Part shown: positions 34,301-46,726 of the stretch, piece after piece
Layout of the letters: every line of letters begins with the position of its first letter
How positions within the stretch are numbered: the first letter of the stretch is position 1
Source of the DNA: Thelocarpon superellum
Lineage: Eukaryota
Reading direction: 5' to 3'
Length of the DNA stretch: 64,000 bases
Assembly: GCA_026025795.1 (NCBI GenBank)
Contig: JAPEUG010000047.1
Span: 1 to 64,000, forward strand
Notes under the pieces: generated by a model
The model's database searches: none
What the model saw: only the letters and a program-made list of their open reading frames with translations
What the model was told of the DNA's origin: nothing
Position numbers and translations under genes: made by a program

Positions 34301-35537
34301 CGAAGAGCCCGCCAAGGCTACTTCGACCCGCGGTCGAGGTGGAGGTTCGGCCGGACGGCAGCGGTGGGGTCGGGGTCGGGGTCAGGGCTTCATCCGGGCT
34401 GTTCAGGGACCCCATGGTGGAGGATCTTCCTCTCCGGGTAAGAAGCAGCTGTGGACGTGATGGCGAGGATCGGGAGGAGCGTGCCGAGGTGGTGGAGTTT
34501 TTCCGGGGGACGGGCGTGAGCTCGTCGGCGGAGCCACGCACGGGGGAGGACACAGGTGTGGTGCGACTCGAGGGCTTATACGCGGACGAGCGGATGGGAG
34601 AATGGGCGTCGGATGGACGTGTGGTGCTCGTGGAGGTGCGACCAGCTTTGGATGGACCTAGGACAGACTCCGACGCGGGGACCTTATTCGGAAGTGGAAA
34701 GAGGGGAGCAGCGGCCTTCTTTCGCCTGGGCAGACGGAAGAAGGTGGTGGTGGTGGAGACTGTATGTGTGGTAGTAGTGGTCGCATAGGCAATGGGCTCG
34801 CTGGTGCTGCCATCGGAGCGGGACGATTCGGACAATCGCGCGGTGGGCAAGGCCAGGGATGAGCTGGAAAGGTGGTCACCATACGGCGGAGGGTCGCCGT
34901 GGCCAGCAGTGTTTAGCCGCTCGGGTTCATGAAAGGTGACGCGACTCGCCCTCATGCTCTCGGACCCCAGAGCTTTTTCGGACTTGGATTTTCGATCGAA
35001 AATGGAGCTGGTCTGGGAGGAGGACTCGGCGGTGGTGTGTTTAAGCCGGTCCGGGATCCGCAATCGCGGCCGCTTCCGACTGGACCTGAGCTGTGGCTCC
35101 ATGTTGGGAGCCGTGGTGATGATGGCAGGCGGCGGTAGCTTGGAGCGATGGGGGAGTTCGGCAGCATCCATGGCGTGTCGTCGGGCGGTAGTGGCGAGCT
35201 GCGAGTCTGAGGCATGGCGAAAATTGGTAAAGGTAAACTTGGGCCGTGGCAATTGAGTGTGACCATGGCTGGCCAGCAGGTCCAGGGATGGACGTGCGGA
35301 GCCGGACTCGCCGGAGAAGGCCGACGTCGGGGTTGGGATCAAGTCAGGAGAAGGGTTGGAGGGGACGGGGGACGCGCTGGGAAGGTAGGGCGATATATCG
35401 CCGGATGGGCGGAGGAGGCCATTGTCATTGGCATGGTCGGTGTCTCCCCTTTCGTGAGAGGGATCGATGGAGCTGCTGCGACGGTGCAGATCCGTCTCGC
35501 TCTTGCGATGACGACGAAGCAGGCCTTGGAGCGGCAT
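31347..35537 (-). CDS. SYT1: Sec7 + PH domain ARF guanine-nucleotide exchange factor (Syt1-like), intronless
   Basis: Sec7 motif LPKETQQIDR with the catalytic Glu, AYFIAFSLLILHTDVFNKNNK, and a PH domain (KVGLLWRK...WQEWGAILT...WLAKLNYAA) after a long Ser/Pro-rich N-terminus. Confidence 0.88.
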   Translation of the reverse strand: MPLQGLLRRHRKSETDLHRRSSSIDPSHERGDTDHANDNGLLRPSGDISPYLPSASPVPSNPSPDLIPTPTSAFSGESGSARPSLDLLASHGHTQLPRPKFTFTNFRHASDSQLATTARRHAMDAAELPHRSKLPPPAIITTAPNMEPQLRSSRKRPRLRIPDRLKHTTAESSSQTSSIFDRKSKSEKALGSESMRASRVTFHEPERLNTAGHGDPPPYGDHLSSSSLALPTARLSESSRSDGSTSEPIAYATTTTTHTVSTTTTFFRLPRRKKAAAPLFPLPNKVPASESVLGPSKAGRTSTSTTRPSDAHSPIRSSAYKPSSRTTPVSSPVRGSADELTPVPRKNSTTSARSSRSSPSRPQLLLTRRGRSSTMGSLNSPDEALTPTPTPPLPSGRTSTSTAGRSSLGGLFGFSHRLRPDSESPHPRHGSPATPIESVSKANSFNLVREHLFVPEREADDTPVKYLARLEEAVSRGVVASILSRSNDSFSRAVLRSYMRSFAFFEDPMDMAIRKLLMEVELPKETQQIDRVLQSFADRYHECNPGIYTSSEQAYFIAFSLLILHTDVFNKNNKHKMLKSDYLKNTKGEGMSDDVLECFYDNISYTPFIHVEDDLDISGERIVAPRSRSSKTIFPRRSSETVRKQPKGPIDPYTLIIDHRLDSLRPGLKDVMSMDDPYSYLGSAPALDLENLQRTFFKSGVLQIISARSRPDAFKSPSTITNPNEAHPGVVDIKITKVGLLWRKDAKKKKARSPWQEWGAILTGAQLYFFRNTTWVKNLIHQYESHHKHGHAGVPVIFKPPLENFKPDALMTTDDAVALLDTSYKKHKHAFTFVRLGMFEETFLAENEKDMNDWLAKLNYAASFRTAGVRMRGLVGSQYEGQRSRGIRRRETNDSGTSTHTSLADGPASIGRYEAPVAQQVWITRRQIMSQKIDDGEDKLAALQKSLDHQLRSARHLQILAPIQAKTHEQVLLAAGRLAATIKWTRIEMWRLRCHKEVLALDLEADYKADASNGASITSAPVIPVRESSRTGVGRGDSKRTSVDSGRRVPTGTNDATEPPPSHHGLDDIFQTHPELARQSSYHRAKGSWELPPLSFTPSAGPVPSVASMAGVNVDTADRPDTATVDGRGATLADVVQIATRQPSVDNGEIEVLRDAGLVRSDGSSGRQLADAASEAEEMTELSPGKSIDTEAGDKARLRRTLHRSLRDPHTPTHHRGKKGKDSSTSTAITDDGQSTTENEGLARGAGSFTVHGKKASVITFGSEWHAMSPEDRLRMRKQSQSEGARVVVTNAADDEGDSSGAPDPHRLSFTSSNARLDRDRLLSPDAGETSSMNSRRNSRSALMAIPDHDDGDMSIHDAKSFDSRQDARSTSRGRLDKDSLPHSPALGPKPQSVSA

Positions 35538-36727
35538 GACGCGGGCAGCTGGCGGAATGGAGCACTGGCAGGGAGCGGACGCATCAAGACGGATGGTGAT
35601 GATGCAGCGTTGAACCGGGCATGATGATACGAAGTAACCTGGGCTTCCACGGCACTTGGTCGAATCCTCTTGATCGGGGCGGAATTGGGGGGATTTCGGG
35701 GAGGAATTTGTGGCTGGTAAAAGCGGGCAGTGGGTCGTTGGGGGTCGGCCGTGGTCGGCCGTGGGTGTGTTTGCCGGTGCGGTGTTGCACAGACCAGTAA
35801 CTCAGACACGCGTGGTGGGACAAGACCCTTTGTCCAGGTAATCGCAGTGGGTCGGGTACGGCAAAGAGGAGGTCGTTGGAGTACGAATGTACCCGGAGGA
35901 GCACTAAGTCTCGCCGGCTCCGAGTAGTTCGGTCGCACGCCCCAGCGCAAGGGAGCTATGAGAACCTGGCGACCGGGCCGCTTGGCCGCGTGTCGGCCGT
36001 CGCCGGTCGACGCTCTAGAGCATCGACCTGGTCCGCCTCGACATGTGGTGTCTCTACCAGTGGAGCTCTTTCGACGAGTGCAGCCATTCACCAGCTAGAT
36101 TCAAAACTCGCCATGCGGAGGTTGTGGGCGTGGAACTATGGTACCAGTATCACGGCCATTGCTGCTCCACTTTTCACCGTGTGGAGTGCGAGGACAGCGT
36201 AATCTTGCCAAAGTTCTCTGGCTTTACGGTGGAGGTGGGCAGCTATCTCCACCATTCAGCGAGCCCGCCCGTCTCTGATCCGTTCCGGAATAGCTTACGA
36301 GTAAGGGCGGAACGGGGACGAACGCCGCCCCGTTGTCCCTTGCGGACGGACGCGAGTCAACTATTGGGCCCCACAAGCTTGGACCGTCTGACTGCCTGAC
36401 TCGCGGGCGTGGACTCTTTGCTACAGCGTACGAGACCATAGGTGCACAAAATCAATGAGTATCCGTGCTGATAATGCCCGCGGTAGCTACGCGGTCGCGT
36501 AGGAGCCCCCATACCAGACAGGCGCATTAAGTAATGGTGGCATGCCAGTCGGTCGCCGGTGTCGTCAGCCTTCAGCCTCCGCCCATCGCGGTCACAAGTT
36601 ATGTTACATGCCTGACGTATACAATGTACAGGTATGGTGCGGATGCCACGGATGTCACGTATGAGCTCCACATCTTACCCTCGACCTCAATGAGGCCAAA
36701 TTTCTGCGATCGCTCAAGGTCGACATT

Positions 36728-38566
36728 ATGCATCTATCCTCGCGGTTGATCGCTGTGCTGGTGGCGGCCCTCTGCTCTCTGGTGTTCCTCTCCTCATTCG
36801 CTGTTGCCTCACCCTCGGGCAGAGGCCCGACCCGCGACCGACCTTTCCCCGCACCCACCCATTTCTCCCCACTGAGAAGCGACCGCTCGTCTGACCGTCG
36901 GCCATGGGCGTATCTACGTGACAAGCTGATCCAATGCGTCTTTCGCCTCCCAACATCACCTCCGATTGGGCCGGATGGGTCCCGGACGGTGACCAAGTCC
37001 GGCGGGTCTCAACCGCCGGCGGACCTGCTGGCGCGATACGGAGGAGACGTGGTCCTGCGTTTTAACATCAGCACCGCGGGTGAGGCCAAGGCCTTGGCCG
37101 AAGCGACCAACGTGCTCTTCCTGGACGTGTGGGAGGTCCGAGATGACTGGGTCGACATTCGTCTGGCCAAGGACGTCATCCCGTCCTTGCTGGGCCTCCT
37201 CCCGCCCTCGCTCCACCACGCGCACACGCCGTTGATGCACGACCTGGCGCAGGCCATCTATGATTCGTACCCGGCTCCAGCCTTGGACGAGTTCTCACCT
37301 ACCGCTGGGCCCAACCGCCACGCCTTCTCACCGACGCTCCACAGCAGCGCGCCCTCAACGGAGAACCTCTTCTTCCGCGACTATCAGCCGCTGAGCGTCA
37401 TCGCCCCGTGGATGCGTCTGATGGCGTCGCTGTTTCCCACGCATGTGCGCATGATCAACATCGGCGTGTCCTATGAAGGCCGGGATATCCCCGCCTTGCG
37501 CATTGGCGTGCATCCGACCAATTCACAACAGGCGCGCGGTCCGCGCCGCACCATCATCATCTCGGCAGGCTCGCACGCTCGCGAGTGGATCAGCGTAAGC
37601 ACGGTCAACTATGTGGCCTACACGCTCATCACCGAGTATGGGAAGACGCCGTCGGTGACGAAGCTGCTGGAGGAATTCGACTGGGTATTGGTGCCCACCA
37701 TCAACCCCGACGGATACGTCTATTCGTGGGAGAACGACCGCTTGTGGCGCAAAAATCGCCAACAGACGAGCTTACGATTCTGCCGCGGACTGGACCTGGA
37801 TCGCTCGTGGGGGTACCAATGGGACGGTGAGGCCTCACGAGGCAACCCATGCTCCGAGAGCTACCCCGGCGAGCACCCATTTGAAGCGGTAGAGTCTCGC
37901 CGCTTTTCCGAGTGGGTGCGCAACGAAGTGGAGCAGAACAACGTCAAGATCGCCGGCTTCCTTGACCTCCACTCCTACTCGCAGCAGGTGCTCTATCCCT
38001 ACTCCTACTCATGTGGCTCCTCCCCACCGTCTCTCGAAAACCTCGAAGAGTTGGCCCTGGGCCTTGCCAAGTCGATTCGCCGATCCGCTGGCGAGCACTA
38101 CGCTGTGACGTCCGCCTGCGAAGGCAGCATCAGCGTGACGTCGAAAAGCCGCAAGACCGTCCATCCGCGGATGGAGACTGGGGGCGGCAGCGCCCTGGAT
38201 TGGTTCTACCATGAGATGCGCGCCCGATACGCCTACCAGATCAAGCTGCGCGATACGGGGAGTTATGGGTTCTTACTCCCGAAGGATAACATCCTTCCTA
38301 CAGGCCAGGAGGCCGTCGAAGCCGTCAAGTACTTTGGACGTTTCTTGATGAAAGCGGGTGGTCAAGAGATGGGCGAGGACATGGAAGCGTATGAGAATGA
38401 GCAGGACCCGGACGAGGACGAAGATGAGGAAGATGGAGAATGGGTAAAGGTGGCACGACCATCATCTTTCGCCGAGACGAGAGAGAAGGAAGACGCGCAC
38501 TGGGCAGAGGAAGACGAGGGAGGGGAGAAACCGAACTGGGAACTGAAGAGGCGAAGAAGGAGATGA
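36728..38566 (+). CDS. ECM14: M14 zinc metallocarboxypeptidase homologue Ecm14 (predicted inactive), intronless
   Basis: Signal peptide, pro-region, HAREWIS, NPDGY, WRKNRQ and [13 protein letters not shown] carries Lys at the catalytic-Glu position, as in Ecm14. Confidence 0.92.
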   Translation: MHLSSRLIAVLVAALCSLVFLSSFAVASPSGRGPTRDRPFPAPTHFSPLRSDRSSDRRPWAYLRDKLIQCVFRLPTSPPIGPDGSRTVTKSGGSQPPADLLARYGGDVVLRFNISTAGEAKALAEATNVLFLDVWEVRDDWVDIRLAKDVIPSLLGLLPPSLHHAHTPLMHDLAQAIYDSYPAPALDEFSPTAGPNRHAFSPTLHSSAPSTENLFFRDYQPLSVIAPWMRLMASLFPTHVRMINIGVSYEGRDIPALRIGVHPTNSQQARGPRRTIIISAGSHAREWISVSTVNYVAYTLITEYGKTPSVTKLLEEFDWVLVPTINPDGYVYSWENDRLWRKNRQQTSLRFCRGLDLDRSWGYQWDGEASRGNPCSESYPGEHPFEAVESRRFSEWVRNEVEQNNVKIAGFLDLHSYSQQVLYPYSYSCGSSPPSLENLEELALGLAKSIRRSAGEHYAVTSACEGSISVTSKSRKTVHPRMETGGGSALDWFYHEMRARYAYQIKLRDTGSYGFLLPKDNILPTGQEAVEAVKYFGRFLMKAGGQEMGEDMEAYENEQDPDEDEDEEDGEWVKVARPSSFAETREKEDAHWAEEDEGGEKPNWELKRRRRR

Positions 38567-39329
38567 TGATCGTGGGCATTAGGAAGATGAGAAAATCAAT
38601 ACAATTGGTCACGACCAACCGGGGCTCATTTCTTGATCGGTGACCAGGCCACCACCACCACCACAACGACAGGGGATTTGCCCACCGCATCAACTCAACC
38701 AACCCCAGCCTTAGTACTAACTTTTTCTGGACGTTTCCCACGTCAAGGTTCCAGGAATTTGGGCACGAGGGCAACGACCTCAGCGGTCCCGGCTGCTCTG
38801 AGTTCCCACGGTTCTTCCAGCTCGGCGGAAGGCTTGTTGTTCGCTTTTCATTCTTCTCCCCCCCTTTCCTCTTGTGCTTCGTGTTCCTGCCACGCCCATC
38901 TCTGCTTGTTCACATCACCAGATGGTGGACAAGGAGACCAGTAGTAGTTGAAAGACACGAAGGAGGACAAGTGGGGCAATCGCATGGGAGAGGAATGGCA
39001 TACTGCCACACTACCACATAAGCATCAAGCACGGAACTCAACTCAATTCGATTGATATAGCCGTTCGCCTTTCCCGTTCTCGTCCATTCCATTCGCGCTA
39101 TCGTGCTCAGACAGACGACCTCGCAGTTCGATCACTCCACGATGCATGTGATGAACTTGGCATGAGTGAATGGAGTGGACTGCTCGAGTCACGAATCAAA
39201 GATGTCCCCCATACAAAATCCAGACAGACACCGGAGGAGAAAACGGCTGGACCAGATACGAGAAGAAACGAAATTCAAGACAGACAACCACACAACCAGA
39301 CAGCCAGACAAACGTCATGCTCATGCCTT

Positions 39330-42300
39330 TTATATTCTCCCTCCCTCCCATCCGCTGCCCATTGGTCCGACCCCGACTGCACCCGCGGGTGCAGGGCCTC
39401 GCCCGCTCCCACTCCCGCTCCCGCTCGCCCCACTGCTGTTCCATCCCCCACCTTGCATCGACTGTGACGGTGCTTGCTGCAAAGGGAGAGGACGACGAGT
39501 ATCCCCCTCCGGTCGCGAGCTGACCATCTCGCCGTACCGACCACGCTCCTTGGTGGTGTCGTACGCTTGCAGCACGCGCGTCTGACTCTCGTCTGCTTGG
39601 CTGAAGGCGTAGCCGCGCTGTTTGCGCATTCGTTGCACCTGTCGTACTTTGCGGATGGCCTTTTGGAATTGTTCCATCCTGTGTCCTTGCATCAGCGGTG
39701 CTCCGACGTCCAAGACTGCGCCGGAACGCTGTCACGTACCGCGGTCGATAGTCTTGGATGTTGTATTTTTGAATCTCTTGGATGTGGTGGTAGGTTTGCG
39801 GAAAGTACATCCGTTTCATGCTGTCATTCACGTCAGTCAATGCCATCCCCCTCGGAGAGTTGGTACCCACTATTTCCACGAAAAGTCTCGCAACAGACAG
39901 AACACCGGCAACACCAGGGCCATCAACCAGAAGATCGGGCTCTCAAACAACCGCGGCAAGACGCCTGTGTACTCGGTCGAGAAATTCAGCTTCGGCGCCA
40001 CGGTCGCATAGACCGGGAGGAAGGCCATCCAGATCAGCATGCTGCCCGGAATGGCCAAAACCGTGTACTTGGTCCAGATGTTCGTCACCAACGCCGCCTT
40101 GCCCAGCACCGTCCCCAACACGGCCGTGTATAGGCCCGGTCCCCACACCCAGTGTCCGGCCACGCGCCCATCCGATTGCGGCAAGTCGTACCGCCAGATG
40201 TATTCCGAGGCGAAGTACAGGATGAGCGAGTGGTAGAATCCATTGAGGATCCATGACAGGAACGAGTGCATCTTGAAGAAGACTCCTTTCTGCCCAAGCT
40301 GGTAGAGCTGTGGATATCGATCGAGGAGTCGCGCGCTGATGAACTGATCAAAGATGCCCATGACGATGGGAGGGAGAAAGGTGAAAAAGATGTTGTAAAA
40401 GGACAGCGTCCACGACTCGAAGATGACTTCGCCCGAGAAGCTGTTTTGGAAGGAATACTGCCCCCGTTAGCCGCATCTTCGAGATGCAATGGCCGACTCG
40501 TACTTACCCAGAATTGAGTCATGTAAAGCGCAATGTTCTTGTAGAAAGAATAGAGAATGACCTTGCTGATCCGTTGATAACTCCACGCCCCGTGCACCAG
40601 CAGCAGTTTGCGAAGAAATCGGAACTGCCCAATAGCCACGTCCGCACTCCGTGCAGCTTGCAGCCCTTCCATGCCGCTGATTCCAACCCCGACGTGCGCG
40701 GCTTGGATCATCGATACGTCGTTGGCGCCATCGCCAATCGCCAGCAAGATAGACTTGAGATGTCGCTTGACGAGCTTGACCACCAACGCCTTCTGAAGCG
40801 GCGACACTCGACTGTTACGCGTCAGTGCCTGATCCACGGTCGCCGGGACTGCATTTCACCATCACTCACCAGCAGATCACGGCCTTGCACATCACCGCCA
40901 GATCGAGGAGCATCTTTTCCATGTCCTTCTCCAAGGCAAATGTCAAGGATTTCCCGTCAATCACCAACGCCAATGCCTCCATCTCGATGCCCCCGTCCGC
41001 CTGACTCCGAATCGCGTTCAGCTTCTTCGCGAGGTTATCTCGTGTTGCCTCGGATGACTCCTCGTTGACGATCAACAAGGTCATGTCCTCACTGATGAGC
41101 TTGCAGCTCATGCCAATGTTGATGGCCGTCTCTTGTCGATCGCCCGTCAAGACCCAGATTTTGACCCCGGCCGTCTGCAGGGTGTGAATGGTATCCGGTA
41201 CCCCGTCTTGCAGCTTGTCCTCGATCGCCGTCGCGCCGAGTAGGAAGAAGTCGTGCTCGATCAACTCGGCGGCCTTGTCGAGCTCCTCCGCCCGATTACC
41301 GCTGACTGTGGTCGATGCCTTGTCGAAGACCCGGCGCCATTCCTGGTATTCTTGCTCGGGGATCTCACGCATCGCCAGACACAAGGTTCGAAGACCGTCG
41401 GAGGCATACTCTTCCAAGTGCTGCAGCGTCGGTTCCACGATCGGGTTTTCCTTGCCAAGTCGCTCCATGATGACGGTGTCGGCCCCCTTGCAATAGCATC
41501 GCACCTTCCCGTCCGGACATCGGAAGATGGCCGACATACGTTTGCGTGTCGAGTTGAACTCGCACACCGCCAACAGCTCGTACTCGAGCTCCTTGCCGGC
41601 GACGACGATCGAGACCGACCGCGGCTTGCGCGCGACGAAGCGGTAGCCGAGTATGACCGCGCCCTCGACCAGCGCGCCCTCGTCGGGTGATGCGGCCTGG
41701 TATCGAATGTCGTTGGACTTCTCGTCCCGCCGTTCGGGGATGACGGTGTGGCATGTGGCCAGCAAGGCCAGGAAATGATGGATCGCGGGCCGCGATGGGT
41801 GGGACTGGAGGTTCTCCCGCAAGCGATTGAAGTCATGGATCCCAACCTCGACCCCGTCCTGCGTCGTTGCCCGTCGGTCCTCGGGCACCTCGTCGGCGTA
41901 CTGGATGCCACCGATGGAGCATTGCTTAAACTCCATCTGGTTGCAGGTCAGGGTACCGGTCTTGTCGGAGAAGATGTACTCGATCTGGCCCAGCTCCTCC
42001 ACCAGGCTCGAGGTACGGCAGACGGCCGGGGTGTCGGTCTTGTCATAGTAGATGTCGAGGTCGGAGCTGATGAGGAAGGCGTGGTAGTATTTGACCATCT
42101 CGATGGTGACGAAGAGTGAGATTGGGATCAGATTAGAGTAGAGAACCCAGTAGGTCAGGATGTCGGAGAAGAATTGCTTCGCCGAGTTGGTGTTGCCATA
42201 GTCCAGATAGGTGAGCTTGCTGCCGGCGGTCGAGCGTACAACCAGGTCACCCACGGAGCTGATCAAGCTCAACATGAGCAGGATGATGACCAGCATGATG

Positions 42301-43802
42301 ATCTGCAAATTGAGCATCCGCTCCACCGCCGTGCGCTTGATCGGCGTCGCCGTGGCATTCCGCATCAGCTTCGTCTCGTGGCCGGTGAAGACGACGACGC
42401 CGTGGATCCAGGGCGTATTCCGGAGCGTCGCTCCACGGAGCAGGAGCTGATCCGGCTGGAGTGGTAGCTCCTTCTCTCCGCCGCCCGCCGTCATGGTCAG
42501 CGTGGCTTCGTAGGTGTACAGGCTGCTGTTGGGCTGCTCGGACCGAATGCGCCCGCCCAGCCGACTCAGTTCGCCCGGGCTGACCAGGTGCGCCGTCTCG
42601 GGGATGGCCTGCTTGATCTTGAGGTTGGTCTCACCATCGAGGTTGGCCGTTTCGATGTAGCACAGGCCCTCGGGTTCGGAGCTGGCAAGCAGAACGAGGT
42701 CGGCGGGGAAGGATTCCTCCGACGGGACGCGCACGATATCGCCGACGGCGACGTTGATCCACTTGGTGTCCTCGAAAGTCGTGCCCTTGAGCACGCGGGC
42801 ACGTGAGTGGTTTAGGGATCGATCGGACATCTTGCGCTTCCAGTCCTCGACCAGTTCCTTGCCGGCAGACACGAGCAAGACGAAGACCAGGGGCACGATG
42901 GTGGTGTATTTGTTGGTTGGGGAGACGTTAGGAATCTGCTGCAGGCCGGCAGTGAAGAGGAAGAACAGGTTGGCGTACTTGGAGAACTGCTCGAGGAGAA
43001 ATTTGGGGATGAAGGTGGCGATGTTGTACTTCGCCGTCGAGACATGATTGTCGACAAACTTGGCGGCGGAGTTGGCGGGCGGATTGTTCAGGTAGATCAG
43101 GCGCGGTCCCTGCTGCGCGTTGTGGGCCTTTCCATGTCCGAAGCCGAACTTGAACTTGCCACCCTCACGCTTGACAGATCCCTTGACCGGGTTGTGGGAG
43201 TCCGGGCTGGCGGCGTCGTCGCGCAGGCCTGGGGCCCCCGCTCCGGCATCGGTCAAGGGCAGATCCATCTCCGAGTACTCGGGGCCCATGCCCAGCATCG
43301 ACTTGGCCCGGCCCATCAGGCCGCCCCCAAGGCTAAGGATGCTATTGCGGTCCCGGGCCCGTCCACCGGCCCCGGGGACATGCGTGCCCAGGTTGCCGCC
43401 TGCGTTGTAATAGCCATGCATCGACCCCTCGTCGTCAGGGAAGTCATCGACATCGGAGTAGCGCTGGAAGTTGTTCAGGCCGGATGACTGCGAGTAGTTG
43501 CGAGTGTTAGCGCCGTCGACGTACGGGACCTGCGGTGGTCGCGACGCTGCCGGACCGGGACCGCCGGGCAGGTGGGCGTTGGAGCGGGAGCCGCCGTTGG
43601 CGACGAACTGCTCGTAGGAGATGGATGGTCGAGGATTGCCCGCATCGTCGGGGATGTCAAAGTGTTGGAGCATGTGCTCGTCGTTGACCGGCGGGGGCCG
43701 GCCCGAGCTGTATACGGGCTGCGAGACATCGTTCAGATCCAGCAGGGGCGACTCATGGCGTTGCGAAGTCGCTGGGGGACCTCGCGGCGGCCGGCCGGTC
43801 AT
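39330..43802 (-). CDS. DRS2: P4-type ATPase phospholipid flippase Drs2; introns 40869-40812, 40507-40458, 39870-39821, 39739-39679
   Basis: [39 protein letters not shown]1-2 'QQ' and the C-terminal GYAFSQ autoinhibitory motif. Confidence 0.95.
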
Positions 43803-44738
43803 GACGCGGGTGAGCCAGCGTAGACGGGCGGTGGAGGAGACTTCATGGATATCAGGTCCAGATCCAGATGACGGACGTGAGGATGTGGTGCCGCTCAGCG
43901 GGCTGGACGCGGAGATGAGGCGGCCTCGTTGTCGTCGTCGTCGCTTGTCGTCACAATCGTTGTGTCCACGGACTGTCTAAGTCATCAAGGTCATGTCCGC
44001 CCGCTCTCGATCACGGCTTCTTCTTCCGCTTGATCGTGGATTGTGGATTGTGGATCGAGTCTGGGATCTGCGGCCACGAATAGTAGCAGCTGGACCGAGG
44101 AGCGGCGCCGTCCACTCCCCAGCCGTTCTCGTAGTGCCGTAGTCGTAAAGGTCCTGGCATAGCCCCAAACGGCTAGTGGTGTCGTTGCTCTTCGCCTCTG
44201 CTGACGGGAACAACGCCGCAGCCACGGGTGTGCGCAGGCCTAAATCTCAAGCTGAAACATGGAGCACCGACCCTTTTCTGCTTACGGTACCCTCTGAGCC
44301 CGTGGTATTGCACCCCTGTGCACGCTCAGAAGATATGGTATACTTAGCACGCAACATCACAGTGGCAGGAGAGCATGGGCACGTGACACAAGATCTGAAA
44401 TCCACCGTCGGCCAACTATCTAATTACCAAGCCATGATTTCCAGATGGCTCTCGATAAAAATCTTCAACAGTTGTCAACTGAGGGACTGGTGGTACTCGT
44501 CCTTCGTATGTCGTACTCGCGAGAAGCTGGCAAGTTGCCACCTGTAACCCAGCCACGCGAACCGCGGAGCCAGCCGCGCACGGAGGACTCCCTACGCAGT
44601 TTATCTGTGGCTATCGCTACGGTACACCATAGAGTCCTACATAGAACTGCGATTGCATCTGCCCCATCCATCCGCAAGTCAGGTACAAGGAAATTTGATG
44701 CGTCTTGGCCATCCTCATATCTTCGTCACCTCGACGAC

Positions 44739-45258
44739 ATGGTATGTTCCAAGTGTCAGCGCCTGACGGCATCTACCCAGCTGGCAACTCCTGGCGTCAA
44801 GCGGAGAAACGAGCTCTACTATGGCTCCTCAGCATCAGCGAGCAGCAAGTCCGCAGACAAGTCTAAACCCTCCGCCACGCTGGGGAACAACGGCATAGGA
44901 AAGGTGAGCCGTCTCCTCGAAGGCGAACGGCGCTTGCCAACTCGAAATCGTCAAGACTAACGTGGAAGTAGAGCAAGCTCCTCAGCCAAGCGGCGAAGAA
45001 TCCGTACGCTGCCTACGCCAGTACCTGCAGCACCTGTAAAAAGAAAGTTGAACAGGGTCGGAAGTACTGCCACAGCTGCGCATACAAGGCCAATGGTGAG
45101 TTCAATATCCCCTCTATGCGGAAACATAACATGGACTGACACTGACCGCGATCGGCTCAACAATAGCATGTGCTGTGTGTGGGAAGAATGAGAAGACCAA
45201 CAAAGCCAAGGCTGGCGCAGGACCCATGGTAGAAGGCCAGAGGTTCTCCGCTAAATGA
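44739..45258 (+). CDS. CRIPT-family cysteine-rich protein; introns 44904-44971, 45096-45166
   Basis: Spliced product MVCSKCQ...GIGK|SKLLSQAAKNPYAAYASTCSTCK...YCHSCAYKAN|ACAVCGK, with four CxxC pairs. Confidence 0.87.
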
Positions 45259-45574
45259 ACGCCGATAGCTCTCAGGACCTTCCACATGGTTGCCTGGGTC
45301 GAAACATCCCTGGGCACCTCCTGGGTGATTTGAAGGAGGCTGTGATGAGAACGACCCCTGTCGAAGTATGCTCCTGTGTTCAGGGCGAGGGTCACTACTC
45401 GCCGCATCATTCTTAGGGTGCTTCAGTACTTTACATGGGCGTGGTTAGTCGGGGCGTTTTTTGTGATATGAAGGGGAGCTTCATGACGCGGAGGCTGGCG
45501 TGGTCATGGGATACGTGAGTCTAGATCGATGTACAGAGAAGGTATACAGGCGCTATGCGCGACAGGGTGGAGGG

Positions 45575-46726
45575 TCAACGCTCCGCCAGCATGTTCTTCA
45601 CGGCTCCCCAATACCGGTCCTGGACTTGTCGCTCCACCTCTTCCTTGCAGAGCCACTTGAAGTCCTTCAGTCCAAGCTTGTTTTCTGCCAGATTGGCTTG
45701 GCCCGCCATGATGCGTGCTTTCAGGAAAAAGGTCTTCTCGCCCACCTCGTCGATCCCCTTCTCGGGTATCTTGCGTGGAAGGGGATATTTGAAGCTAAAG
45801 TGCCCTATCGGTGTGCGGCCCACCAGCCAGGTGTTCATGTTGGCTCCACCGGCCTGCACTAAGATTCGTTCGGAGGCCTAGGAGCCAGACGTTAGTCCGG
45901 CTACCCAGAAACGAAGCTAGATGGAAGGGAGGAGTCAACGCACCTGGTGCAAAGTCTCCCGCATCATCAGCGGTGCGGCCGGAAATCTCCACCGGCCGTT
46001 CGGGTCTTGGACGAGCAGATAGAGGGTGCGGTCTAGTCGTCGCTCCAGACTCTGCTCGTCCCCACGAAGCGTTGCCTGTGTGACTCGTGGCGGCGGTCGC
46101 TCCACGATTTCTCTCCGAGCTTCGCCCAACTCATCGCTGCCGATGCCCGGGATCTCGGCATCCTTCAACAAGGCCTCCATCTGACGCTCCGGCTCGCTCT
46201 CCTCGGCACCCACGAGAAGCTCATCGTTCCACCCCTCGCGTGAGTAGGCATTGTACGACCCGATATCCCTGGCGGCGGTGACGCGTTGCTTCTGCTTCCG
46301 CTTCCATTCGAGGTCTGCCGGGGTGCCCTTTTTGAAATAGAAATAGCGCGTGAAGGGAAGGGCCAGGCGCTCATTCAAACGACGCTGGTAGAAGAAGAAG
46401 GCTTTCTCGAAGGCGGTCAGATCGCGCGTGATCTGCGGTGGCCGAGACAGAACCAAGCCTGCCGAGACGGCGTAGGAGCGCTGCGGCGAGGACGCCTGGG
46501 TCGCCGGCGGGTCCTGATCTAGATGCGTCGCCGGCACCTCCACGGCCACGGTTGCGGTCGAGGCATGTCGGCGTTGCTGGATGACGTTCCGGCAAGATCT
46601 GCACGGGCTCAGAGCGACGGGACCTTGGCCTGTGAGCCTCGAGGTCAGCATGTCGACCTTCGTGGGGGACCAGCAAGACGCACGTGAAATGGCCGCATGG
46701 AGTCTCCGTGATCGAGCGAAACTCAT
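45575..46726 (-). CDS. MRPL17: Mitochondrial large ribosomal subunit protein mL46 (yeast L17); introns 46683-46630, 45943-45878
   Basis: Basic presequence, LSRPPQITRDLTAFEKAFFFYQRRLNERL, SLERRLDRTLYLLV, NMNTWLVG, KTFFLKARIMAGQ and DFKWL. Confidence 0.9.

Noticed and set aside
38236..38256. Catalytic Glu replaced by Lys in the carboxypeptidase (QIKLRD), suggesting a pseudogene or a novelty
   Set aside because: This is the known hallmark of the Ecm14 pseudopeptidase family; the ORF is intact.
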